Shown one piece after another: positions 1 through 8,960 of a DNA stretch of 64,000 nucleotides. The translations under genes and the position numbers were made by a program. Below the pieces are notes generated by a model that saw nothing but the letters and a program-made list of their open reading frames with translations, did no database searches and had not been told where the DNA came from. Each line of letters begins with the position of its first letter. Within the stretch, counting starts at the first letter, position 1. The stretch covers positions 1 to 64,000 of the forward strand of contig CAWFKH010000005.1 in NCBI GenBank assembly GCA_963816355.1, read 5' to 3'. This stretch comes from an uncultured Gemmatimonadales bacterium (GTDB taxonomy: Bacteria; Gemmatimonadota; Gemmatimonadetes; Longimicrobiales; RSA9).

Positions 1-281
1 GCAAGGTCCCGCGTTCGTCGCCCTCCGGCCCTGCGGTGGCGCTTCGCCACCCGGCACCCTGATCTCCACACGGAATCCAGGCCATCGTAGACTCGGGGTA
101 GCGGTCCCGTGGGCCGGCTTTCGGCCCATCAGGCCTTGTCTACGGGGACTCGGACCACCGCGGGGAATCCCAAGCGCCCGCTCCCTTGGTCAACGGGTCG
201 TGATTTCCTGCTGGTCGGCTGTGACGCAAACGGGGAGGAGGGGGCGAACGGCTGCTGAGCGGGGGACTCCGGCGAGGTACG

Positions 282-998
282 ATGCCCGAACAACATGCCC
301 GCGTGGTCCCGCTTTTCCGTCGCTGCTCAGGAGGGTCCGGCATGGATAGCCGTCTCGATGTCGCCTACCTGCTCTTTCCGTCCAAGGATCGGGGCGTGAG
401 AGCCTCGGAGGTTCTCATGCCTCTGACCACCAGCGATTGCGCCCTGCTGTTGGCGCGGATGCGGCTCGCGGAACGGCTGATCCATCAAGATCCGTCTCTC
501 ACACGTTTGTCGTACCGCAGCCCCTTCGTGGCCCACACCTTCCGCGTTGGTCCGTTTCGCCGGCCGGACGAGAGGCTGGACGATCTCGTGCTCGGATGCG
601 CGGCACATCCGGCGCTCGCCGCGTCGTTCCGCCCCGGGGCCCACGATTCCGAGCTCCTCCTCGAGCTTGATGGCGGGATTCTGTATCTCGATGATCTCGC
701 GGACGGCTCCTACTTCTCCTCGCGCCAGGCCGGCCTGTCGGACCTCATGCTCTGCCAGATCGCTACGCTGGGCCCGAGAGATGTTCCGGCGGCGTTCCGG
801 CAGCTTTCTGGCATTGACCCCTGGACTGCACTCGACCTGGTCGAGCACGGACTGGTGCTGCATGGCTGCTCCACTCCCGTCAGAAGCATTCACCCGCTCC
901 TTGCGCCGGGAGATCTTGCATCCATTCTGGAGTGGCCGGAGGCAGAACTGCGCGAGCGCGCGATCACGCTCATCGGACGATGTGGGCGGCGGCGGTAG
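282..998 (+). CDS. Hypothetical protein (start may be the ATG at 342)
   Basis: 238-aa ORF with balanced, globular-like composition, unlike the Arg/Pro-rich shadow ORFs; no family recognised. Confidence 0.55.
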   Translation: MPEQHARVVPLFRRCSGGSGMDSRLDVAYLLFPSKDRGVRASEVLMPLTTSDCALLLARMRLAERLIHQDPSLTRLSYRSPFVAHTFRVGPFRRPDERLDDLVLGCAAHPALAASFRPGAHDSELLLELDGGILYLDDLADGSYFSSRQAGLSDLMLCQIATLGPRDVPAAFRQLSGIDPWTALDLVEHGLVLHGCSTPVRSIHPLLAPGDLASILEWPEAELRERAITLIGRCGRRR

Positions 999-1129
999 TC
1001 CAGCAGGGACCGTTCGCTCGGCGAAAAGCCGTGGGTGAATCATGAACGATGGGCCTTCAGAGGGAGATCTCTGCCGACGCCGGTCGACGGTAGCATGACC
1101 GGACCCCCCAGACCGGAAGCGGTGAAAGT

Positions 1130-1504
1130 GTGAGGTCAGCCGAACCAGGCCAGGCCCTGCTGGACGTGATGCGTGGACCACGGGGCAGGATCGACCGCAG
1201 GCGGGTGGCGCAGGTCCTCGCGCTTTCCGAGGACGACCTTGCTATCCTCCTGCAGGTCGATCAGCGGACGATCGCAAGCGAGTCGGATAGCCAGCGCCTG
1301 CAGACGGCACTGGCGCCATTCGCCCGCGTGGCGGGGACGCTCGTCCGGATCTTCGACGGAGACGAGTCGCGCATCCACGCCTGGATCGAGACCCCTCGGC
1401 CGGAGTTCGGCGGAGCTTCAGCGGGGACGCTGCTGCTGAAACCTCAAGGAATCGTGGGTCTTGAGCAGTTCGTCGTTGGTCTGTGGGAGGGTGATCCGCT
1501 GTAG
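1130..1504 (+). CDS. Xre/MbcA/ParS-like antitoxin domain protein (DUF2384-like)
   Basis: N-terminal HTH-like segment (VAQVLALSEDDLAILLQVDQRTI) and C-terminal 'IFDGDESRIHAWIETPRPEFGGASAGTLL', matching the W..tP...lgG.tP..ll pattern. Confidence 0.65.
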   Translation: MRSAEPGQALLDVMRGPRGRIDRRRVAQVLALSEDDLAILLQVDQRTIASESDSQRLQTALAPFARVAGTLVRIFDGDESRIHAWIETPRPEFGGASAGTLLLKPQGIVGLEQFVVGLWEGDPL

Positions 1505-1640
1505 CGGCTAACGGCGCGGCGGAGGACCCCTTCGGCGGCTCGGTAGCGTTTACCGAAAGGTCTGCCTCAGTTCCCGGGCTTGGTCCGCTCGTCGACCGGC
1601 CACAGCTTTCCCGAGAGAGCCGTGCCGAAGGTGAGGTGGA

Positions 1641-3637
1641 CTAGAGGTCCGCGAAGATCGGGAGGTCTGCGTGGTCCAGCGGGACCTCCACGCGGGCACC
1701 GTGGTCCACCGGGTAGAGAAGCGTGTGCTCCTCCACGCGGTCGAGAATACCAGGCCGACCAATGCGGCCGGACAGCCAGCGACGGGACCAATAATCGACG
1801 ATCGCGGAGGTGACGGCCGCCGGTTCTTGCCGCGGCAGGATCCAGTCGGGCGTACGATCTCGGCCCATCAAAAAGTCCCGGAAGTTCTCAGCAAGAGGCA
1901 CCCCATAGATCAGCCGAGGGCTCCCATGCTGCAGCAACGCGTCCGACGGTAGACCGGCGATCTCGAAAGCCTCCCGGACTTTCCGCAAACGAGGGTTCAC
2001 GCCTTCACCAAAGATCGAGTTGACACGCCGCCCGGCTCGCGCCTGCCCCAGCAGAATGTCTGCTTCGTTCAGCGTTTCGGTAGAGATGTGATATGAGCCG
2101 TAACCCTCGGTGCTGCCCAGTTCCTCATAGCGGATTTCCGCCCTCTGGTCCCCGCCGACCTCCCCCGCTGGCAACCGAATTCTATTGTACTGGCTGGAGC
2201 CGACACCGTACAAACTGGTGGTGCCTAGCAGGACGAGTTCAGGCGAACGTCGGACGGGTCGTCCGGCCATGGCGGAAGCGATCACGCTCGAGGCGCCCTG
2301 ATAGCGGTGCTCATACGCCGCAGCCACCTGTGGTGAGCACATCAACATAGAAACCAGCTTCCCTCCGAGCACGGGGCCATATGGAGCTACAGCGCCGCAA
2401 ACCGTGATGTCGAGCATGTTGATGCCGACCCGGGAGGCCTTCACCCGCCTAAGAACCCGCTTCACGGCCTTTCTGGCGTCGGCACGGCGGAGCGCCTGGT
2501 GAAGGCACTGTGCGGTCGGAGAGGTGAACCCAGCCTCTACTAGCTTGAGCTTCGCGCCCAGCACATCGGCAAGAGCTGCCGCGCGCTTAGACCGGAAAAG
2601 GTACGTCCTCGCGCGCTCCTCCCAGTCGACCTTCCTGCCATTCTTGTGTTCAGCGGCCTTCGGATACAGTCGGTGTTGCTCGCGGGCGTCCGCCGCCACC
2701 AGCTTCAACTGTTCCACGAGTTCTACAGTGGGCTGCCGCAGACCCGCTTCGCTGATGGTGCCGTCCTGCAAGAAGTCGGCGACGTAATGCCGTCGAGCTG
2801 ACTGGCAATCGCATTCTCCAGCCATTCCGCCCAGCTGTCGTCTGCCTCGGCCCGGAGCACGCGTACGAACTGGTCGCCGTTCCAGCCGATCCAGCGATCA
2901 CGGACTCCGAGTTGAACGATTGCGCTGCCGAGCGCTGCGATCCCAATCACCGGATGGTTCTGCGCGGCGGCGTCTCGAACAAGAAACCACACATTGCGGC
3001 CCGGTACAGTCTTGCTCGGACTAACCCACGTATATCGGAAGTAGCGCCAAATGTCCTTGAGCTGTAGACCCGTGTGTTCACACACGCCGTCGTCCACGAC
3101 TTGCAGATAGGGATCGACTGCACCCCTGAGTTCCTCCCACCGATCAGGGCCCTCAGGAACGGCATTCGCGCGTCGGAGTGCCTGCCCCAGTTCGCGCCCA
3201 TCGCGCATGAGGGAGAATATCGATACCCAGCCACCATTCGGGCCGGGCCGGCGCTGCTCGAGTTCGGAAACAAACCGGCGGACCGTAGCCTTCCGAAGTT
3301 GCTCATCCCGCTCCAGCAGGAGTCCTGCGCGGACTCGCGCCTTCTCCTCGAGGGGCGATTCGGCTTCAGGCTGTGGTTCCGACGCCACTATCCGGTCATC
3401 TTCCACTTCGAACGCCCACCCTTGAGCGCGGAGGTCGGCAAGAGCGGACATGCACACGCGCAGAACCTGGTCCTCTGCACTGTCGGCCGGGGTCTGGTCC
3501 AGCGCTGCAGTCCGGAGCCGTCGAATGTGGCCAGTCGTGGGCTCCGCCTGCCAGTCGGCTGAAGCTAACTGGCGCACGTGGGAAAGCAGCAGCGCGTATG
3601 CCTGCCCGTTGCGATCGAGGTCAACGTCTAACCGCAC
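1641..3637 (-). CDS. druA: Druantia DruA-like (DUF4338) protein, about 665 aa, interrupted by a 1-nt frameshift near 2786 (sequencing error or pseudogene)
   Basis: ORFs 2723-3637 and 1641-2825 join as ...SQLDGI/YVADFLQDG.... Motifs DIWRYFRYTW, PGRNVWFLVRDAA..HPVIGIAALGS, LDITVCGAVAPY...LGGKLVSML and TTSLYG..SSQYNRI are those I recognise from DruA/DUF4338 proteins. Confidence 0.75.
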
Positions 3638-3641
3638 GTTG

Positions 3642-5108
3642 CTATGCTCCCAGGAACGCCGTCATTATGTTGCTCCATTCCAGCCGCGACTCTTCGAGGA
3701 TGCCCGCTTCGCTGGGCCGCTGCAACTCTGCCCTCGCGGCAGCTAGAACAAGCAGTTCCAGCGCTTGTGGGCTCACGGGGCGGCCCGCGGTCGACGGCCC
3801 CAGCAGGTGCCGGAAGAACGCATGGTCCTCATTCACAATCACGGTCAACACCCTTCCCTCTATACGCCATTCGAAGAACTCCTGTTTGCCGGTTGGCTCT
3901 ACCCGAAGACTATACCCGATCCTGCCGGCCCGGCCGGACTCCGTCCTGTGGCCCCTTTCCAGCCGGACTGGAGGGGGAATCAGCCGCCGCTCGCGTTCGG
4001 AGGCTCGGGCAACGGCCTTCGGGGCTCGCTCTAGCGCTGAGAAGTCGGCTCGAACTGCCGCAGACAGAGCACGCGCGATGCCCTCCAGGTCCGGGGAGAT
4101 CATCTCCAGTAACTCGGCGGCGGGAGTGACCTGCTGCTTGCTATGGGTGACACCGAACAGTTCGTCCAGCTCGGGCTCGAAACGTAGCTCGCAGCGCCAC
4201 CAATCGTCGTAGTTCTGCCGGCGCTTCCGATCCATGAAGAACCAGCCGTAGTCAATCTCCCTGCCAGCCCGCACTACAGAAACGCCGGCCCCGCCCACGA
4301 TCCCGAAACGTCGCTTGCGCTCAAGTGGCCAGTCATGCCACTCGTGCACCGGCAGGCGAGCGAATTGAACTGTCACCGCAGAGGACCGGCGGCTCCCGGG
4401 CACCCTGATGTCGAAATGCAGCGGAGGCCCGTGGTCTGTTGCTCCAGACAGGACTGCGTAGGGGTGCCGATAGAGAGGGTCTACCGGCACCACCTCCTCG
4501 CCGTTGACGCGGATCGAGCCACCGCGCCAGACGAAGTACCGGAAGGTCCGGCCTAGCGGACCCATCATCTTCCGTGCAATCGTCCCCGGCAGCTTATTGT
4601 CGAGGCGGTCGCAGCGGGTCCAAATGACGACAGTCCCGGAAGGTCCAGCCTCCACAATCCCATCGGGGAGTCGCCGCCTTTGCGCGGGCGGCACATGCCC
4701 GAGCGTACCGGCGGCCACCTCGTCGACGTCGATGTAGCTGTGCAGGACTTCGCCCGGCGCCTGCCACGTATACACGTCCAGCCGGCGCGCTTGGCTCACG
4801 GAGGAGTTCGGCAGCCCCATGCCGAAGCGACCTAGTCCCGCCCTGTCGTTAAAACGCTCGGTGCCACCAAACTGTAGGGCCCGCCGAAGACCCTCCCTAT
4901 CCATGCCGGAGCCGTCGTCCTGGATAACCACGGTGAGTTGGCGCGCGGCACCGGCGCCCTCCTTCAGGATCGAGATGTCGACTGTGCGAGCTCCCGCCTG
5001 GATCGAGTTGTCCACCAGTTCGGCGACTGCACTTGCCGTCGTGCGGTAGCCCGTGTCGCGCGTGGCGATGATGAACGTCTCGGGTGCTATGAGAGGGTAC
5101 GCGGCCAT
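3642..5108 (-). CDS. MORC-type GHKL ATPase (HATPase_c_3 plus S5-like domain), 488 aa
   Basis: GHKL motifs RDTGY...AELVDNSIQA (N box), DDGSGM (G1), GLGRFGMG (G2) and GTVV. Confidence 0.88.
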   Translation of the reverse strand: MAAYPLIAPETFIIATRDTGYRTTASAVAELVDNSIQAGARTVDISILKEGAGAARQLTVVIQDDGSGMDREGLRRALQFGGTERFNDRAGLGRFGMGLPNSSVSQARRLDVYTWQAPGEVLHSYIDVDEVAAGTLGHVPPAQRRRLPDGIVEAGPSGTVVIWTRCDRLDNKLPGTIARKMMGPLGRTFRYFVWRGGSIRVNGEEVVPVDPLYRHPYAVLSGATDHGPPLHFDIRVPGSRRSSAVTVQFARLPVHEWHDWPLERKRRFGIVGGAGVSVVRAGREIDYGWFFMDRKRRQNYDDWWRCELRFEPELDELFGVTHSKQQVTPAAELLEMISPDLEGIARALSAAVRADFSALERAPKAVARASERERRLIPPPVRLERGHRTESGRAGRIGYSLRVEPTGKQEFFEWRIEGRVLTVIVNEDHAFFRHLLGPSTAGRPVSPQALELLVLAAARAELQRPSEAGILEESRLEWSNIMTAFLGA

Positions 5109-5143
5109 GGCGATGCTGCCTTAATGCGGGGCTATACCGGCTG

Positions 5144-5182
5144 GCGGGAGGGCCGGGTGCCGCTCGGCACCCGGCCTCCCGC
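5144..5182. terminator. Strong intergenic hairpin between the two ATPase genes (terminator or mRNA-stabilising stem)
   Basis: GCGGGAGGGCCGGGTGCC-GCTC-GGCACCCGGCCTCCCGC, a stem of about 17 bp with one bulge; no U-tract. Confidence 0.5.
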
Positions 5183-5193
5183 TCTCGGCGTCT

Positions 5194-7050
5194 CTACGCG
5201 ACCTCGGCGGCCACCTCCTCGGGTTCCGTGCTCACGTCGCCGACGTCCGCCTCCTCCTCATCGGCCGCGAGAGCATCAGCCACGCTGTCCAGCTCGTTGA
5301 GCTTGGCCAGGGCGACCGCGAGATTCATGGACCACACCGACCGCTCCGTCTCGTAGAAGAGGCGGCGGCTACCCTCGGCGAAGATCTCGGCCTCGCCAAT
5401 GGTGAAGAGCAGCACCTCGAGACCGGATCGCACCCACGGGTTAGAGCCGGGGCCGGCGTAGAAGTCCTGGTAGAACCGGTGGGCAGTGTTGAGGTACAGC
5501 ACCAGCTGCCCCCCCAGCTTCTCCACGCGGAAGAACACTCCGCCGGGCGAGGATTCCAGGACCACCTTGTACGGCCGCGTGGCCAGCTCAGCGACGAGCT
5601 GGCGCTCGACTTCGGCCTCGGGCATCCCCGCCTCCTTCGCACGGCGGCGAACCTCCTCCTGGAGCCGCTCCTTGCTCTTCTTCTCCTGGTCGGCCGACGG
5701 CTGCGGCTTCCGCTTGAAGGGAGCAGCGTCCTCCATGGCCTCCTCGGACGGCCGCTTCGTGTTCTCGGGTGCGTCCTGCTCCGCCTTGACCTGCGCCTTG
5801 TCCTCCTTGAAGCGCGCGCGGAGGGTGGTGATCATCTGCTTCACCCCCGCCTGCGCGAGGATCTGCCACATACGCTCCGAGAGGACGACCTGCTGCTTGG
5901 ATGTCGTGATCGAGAATTCCTCGTCGAGGGTCGCCGGGAAGTCGACCTCCAGACCCCAGTTCCGGTCGTACACCTGGAACGTCGTCCACGGACACTTAGT
6001 GTCGACCACGTCGATCTGGCGCCCGTTCCGCAGGACCACGATGCCCTTGTGCTCCTTCATGATGTTGAAGCGGGCGTTCAGCGGCTTACCGCCACGCTTC
6101 TTGTTCTCACTCTGAAACGTCGGGGGCATGTAGGAGTACCGCACCCGGATCACTCCAGCAGCCTTGCCCGTGTCCCGGTCCTTCACCTCGATCAGGTCCG
6201 GCTCGTACGCCTCGGCGCGATCCTCGTCCAGGTCGTGGAGCCACATGCCCGGCGTAGAGAACAGCGGGTCGATGGGCTCCACCTGCTTCCCATCGACGAA
6301 CAGCGCCTGCTCACGGAGGGTGTTGCGGTAGGTGACGCCGAAGTGGTCGAAGAAGAGGATCTTCAGGCGCTCCGTCGTCTTGTAGCTCAGACGATCCAGC
6401 TTGTCGATGACGACGACCGTCCCGTGGTCGAACTCGCGGGTGCCCAGCTGCTGCTCCATGTAGTCCGCGACCCACGTCGGGAGATCAGCAGCCTCCGGCA
6501 TGGGGGCGACGATCCGCCCGTTCTCGTCCGTGTAGTCACCGTCCTCCACTGCCTGGAGGTCGAGCTCGATCTTGTGGAGGGCGCCTCCGGCGACCTTCGA
6601 GTATACGGTGAACCGCTTCCCCTGGCTCACAGCGGCGCTCTTCATACCGTACCCGTACCGACCCCAGCCGGAACGATCGTTCTCCCGGTGCGTCCCGCCC
6701 CACCGGATCGCCGCGCGGAGCATACCGGGCTCCATCCCGTGACCGTCGTCCACCACCGCCAGGGCGTCGGGCTTCTTGTCGCTCCGCCCGGAGTAGCCGA
6801 AGACGACGTGGACCTGGGAGGCGAGCGCCTGGAACGAGTTGTCGATGATCTCGTCGAGCGCCGTCCCGGTGTGCTTGTAGCCGATGTCCCGGATCCCGCG
6901 GATGAACGCCCCGGCCACCATCAGGCCAAAGTCGTCGCCCGCCTTCTCCAGGCTCTCCACGTACTCCCGCTGCGCCCGGAGCTGCTCGAGCTCGGTGCTG
7001 CCCCCGAGAGTCGGGGTCACGTCGGTGGTGCTGCGATTGTCCTTACCCAT
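5194..7050 (-). CDS. MORC-type GHKL ATPase with charged, coiled-coil-like C-terminal region, 618 aa
   Basis: RDIGY...DEIIDNSFQA, DDGHGM, GWGRYGYG, HGTVV; GGAGG-containing RBS before the ATG; acidic tail. Confidence 0.88.
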   Translation of the reverse strand: MGKDNRSTTDVTPTLGGSTELEQLRAQREYVESLEKAGDDFGLMVAGAFIRGIRDIGYKHTGTALDEIIDNSFQALASQVHVVFGYSGRSDKKPDALAVVDDGHGMEPGMLRAAIRWGGTHRENDRSGWGRYGYGMKSAAVSQGKRFTVYSKVAGGALHKIELDLQAVEDGDYTDENGRIVAPMPEAADLPTWVADYMEQQLGTREFDHGTVVVIDKLDRLSYKTTERLKILFFDHFGVTYRNTLREQALFVDGKQVEPIDPLFSTPGMWLHDLDEDRAEAYEPDLIEVKDRDTGKAAGVIRVRYSYMPPTFQSENKKRGGKPLNARFNIMKEHKGIVVLRNGRQIDVVDTKCPWTTFQVYDRNWGLEVDFPATLDEEFSITTSKQQVVLSERMWQILAQAGVKQMITTLRARFKEDKAQVKAEQDAPENTKRPSEEAMEDAAPFKRKPQPSADQEKKSKERLQEEVRRRAKEAGMPEAEVERQLVAELATRPYKVVLESSPGGVFFRVEKLGGQLVLYLNTAHRFYQDFYAGPGSNPWVRSGLEVLLFTIGEAEIFAEGSRRLFYETERSVWSMNLAVALAKLNELDSVADALAADEEEADVGDVSTEPEEVAAEVA

Positions 7051-7243
7051 CTCTTCCTCCTGCAGCCTTCGCGGCCGCGTCAGGTGTTGAGGCGCTGCTT
7101 GATGGCCACCGCGCCTGCGCCTCGGTCAGCGCGGCGGTAATCATCGACGTGCACGAGCCTGTCGGGTGCACGAATGCACCGCGAGCCGGCAGCACGCAGT
7201 CAGCTATGTCTGGGATAAGGATGACGACGTGACGAGGAGTCAC
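7043..7243 (-). CDS. Possible 66-aa leader or accessory peptide overlapping the first ATPase start
   Basis: AAGGAGGT Shine-Dalgarno a few nt upstream of a GTG; the stop overlaps the start of the 618-aa ATPase. Confidence 0.3.
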   Translation of the reverse strand: MTPRHVVILIPDIADCVLPARGAFVHPTGSCTSMITAALTEAQARWPSSSASTPDAAAKAAGGRDG

Positions 7244-7604
7244 GGCGGCGAACCTCCTTATCCACGAGCCCGGTCGTAGCAGGCGCTACGAATTCGGACT
7301 CCGGAGGTTCACCATGCAGGTGGTTTCTGCTCGCCTGCTCCATGCAGCCTTCGCGGCCGCGTCGGCGACGAACCTCCACGATCGACAAGGTAAAGGGTCC
7401 CCGTGCCGCCTGTCAACAGTCGGCGTGGCCGCCGCTCGCGGCTCCTACCGCAACAGGCTTATCCCGGCCGCGAGCCGCGGTGGCCGGGCCGATCACGGTT
7501 TCCGTTTTTCATGTCTGAGCCGGGTCCTGGTTGGGCTCCGACTCCCCCGGTCGAGGTACTTGGAACCGGCAAAACTCAACCAATTCGCGATCGGTCCAGC
7601 ACGC

Positions 7605-7630
7605 GAAAGGCCCGCCGTAGCGGGCCTTTC
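7605..7630. terminator. Intrinsic terminator-like hairpin (possibly bidirectional) downstream of pilC
   Basis: GAAAGGCCCGC-CGTA-GCGGGCCTTTC perfect 11-bp stem. Confidence 0.7.
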
Positions 7631-7636
7631 TCCTAC

Positions 7637-7706
7637 CGACAACGAATCAAATATCCGGAAAACCACGAATCACGTGTCTCCGCGACTACGAATCACCTGA
7701 CCTTCA
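7637..7706. repeat. Three ACGAATCA direct repeats with 23-bp period ending at ...CA; putative transposon end
   Basis: ACGAATCA at 7642, 7665 and 7688; the minus strand begins TGAAGGTCAGGTGATTCGT at 7706. Confidence 0.6.
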
Positions 7707-7722
7707 GGCTGGTCCCCCCCCG

Positions 7723-8934
7723 TCACTTCACCGTATTCACCATGTCGAAGATCGGCAGGTACATGGCGATGATCATGCCGCCGACGACGACGCCGAGGAC
7801 GACGATCATGATGGGCTCCATGGCGGCGAGGAGGCCTTCGACGGCGGCGTCGACCTCTTCGTCGTAGAAGTCGGCGATCTTGCCGAGCATCTCGTCGAGG
7901 CCGCCGGTCTGCTCGCCGACGTTGATCATGCTGACGACCATGGGCGGGAAGACGCCGGAGCGCTTGAGCGGCTCGGAGATGGTGTCGCCGCCGGCGATGG
8001 AGGCGCGCGAGGCCATGACGGCGTCGTGGATGACGCGGTTGCCGGCGGTGCGGGCGGTGATCTCGAGGCCCTCGAGGATGGAGACGCCGGAGGAGACGAG
8101 GGTGCCGAGGGTGCGGGTGAAGCGGGAGACGGCGCTCTTGCGGAGCACGTTGCCGAGGATGGGGAAGCGGAGCAGGAGGCGGTCGATGACGAGCTCGCCG
8201 CCGCTCGACTTGTAGTAGGAGCGCAGGGCGACGACGGCGCCGGCGATGCCGAGCACGAACGCCCACCAGTAGCCCTGCAGGACCTGGCTCATGCCGATGA
8301 CGAAGCGCGTGGCGAACGGCAGCGGCACGCCGGCCTCGCCGAACATCTTCTGGAAGGTGGGGATGACGAAGATGAGCAGGACGGCCACGGCGCCGGCGGC
8401 GACGCACAGGATGACGGCGGGATAGATCATCGCGCCCTTCACCTTGCGCTTGAGGCTGTCGTTCTTCTCGAGGAAGGTGGCGAGGCGGAGCAGGATGACG
8501 TCGAGGATGCCGCCGGACTCGCCGGCGGCGACCATGTTGACGTAGAGGTCGGTGAAGACCTTGGAGTGCTTGCCGAGGGCGTCGGCGAGGGTGTTGCCGG
8601 ACTCGACGTCGTAGAGGACCTTCTCGACCACCGCGGCGAGCTGTTTGTTCTCGCTCTGGCGGGCCAGGATGTCGAGGCTCTGCACGAGCGGCAGGCCGGC
8701 GTTGATCATGGTGGCGAACTGGCGCGTGAAGATGACGATGTCGCGCGTGGGCACGCCGCCGCCGATCGAGATGTTGAGGTTGAAGCCGCCGGCCGCCTTC
8801 TTCTCCTCGATCTTGACGGGGATCAGCTTGAGGCGGCGGAGGTGGCCGACGACGTCGTCGCGGCTGGCGACGTCGACCTCGCCGTTCTGCAGCTCGCCGT
8901 GCAGCGTCCGCGCGGAGTAGGTGAAGGTGGCCAT
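7723..8934 (-). CDS. pilC: Type IV pilus inner-membrane platform protein PilC (GspF family)
   Basis: FTRQFATMINAGLPL, AGESGGILD, GEQTGGLDEML, AMYLPIF. Confidence 0.95.
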   Translation of the reverse strand: MATFTYSARTLHGELQNGEVDVASRDDVVGHLRRLKLIPVKIEEKKAAGGFNLNISIGGGVPTRDIVIFTRQFATMINAGLPLVQSLDILARQSENKQLAAVVEKVLYDVESGNTLADALGKHSKVFTDLYVNMVAAGESGGILDVILLRLATFLEKNDSLKRKVKGAMIYPAVILCVAAGAVAVLLIFVIPTFQKMFGEAGVPLPFATRFVIGMSQVLQGYWWAFVLGIAGAVVALRSYYKSSGGELVIDRLLLRFPILGNVLRKSAVSRFTRTLGTLVSSGVSILEGLEITARTAGNRVIHDAVMASRASIAGGDTISEPLKRSGVFPPMVVSMINVGEQTGGLDEMLGKIADFYDEEVDAAVEGLLAAMEPIMIVVLGVVVGGMIIAMYLPIFDMVNTVK

Positions 8935-8960
8935 GGGGGTGTCCTCGCCGGTGTCGTCCG

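Larger units (their letters stand above)
1..7706. mobile_element. Accessory genomic island (right end in view, left end outside the window), possibly cargo of a Tn7/Mu-like DDE transposon
   Basis: Visibly lower GC and more A/T-ending codons than the backbone from pilC onward; defence-type cargo; putative TG...CA end with periodic repeats at 7637-7706. No transposase or integrase is in the window. Confidence 0.6.

Noticed and set aside
1641..7050. Calling the locus canonical Druantia, or MutL/Hsp90/gyrase/histidine kinase genes
   Set aside because: No DruE helicase or DruB-D in the operon; the ATPases lack MutL, HtpG and GyrB C-terminal signatures and a kinase H-box.
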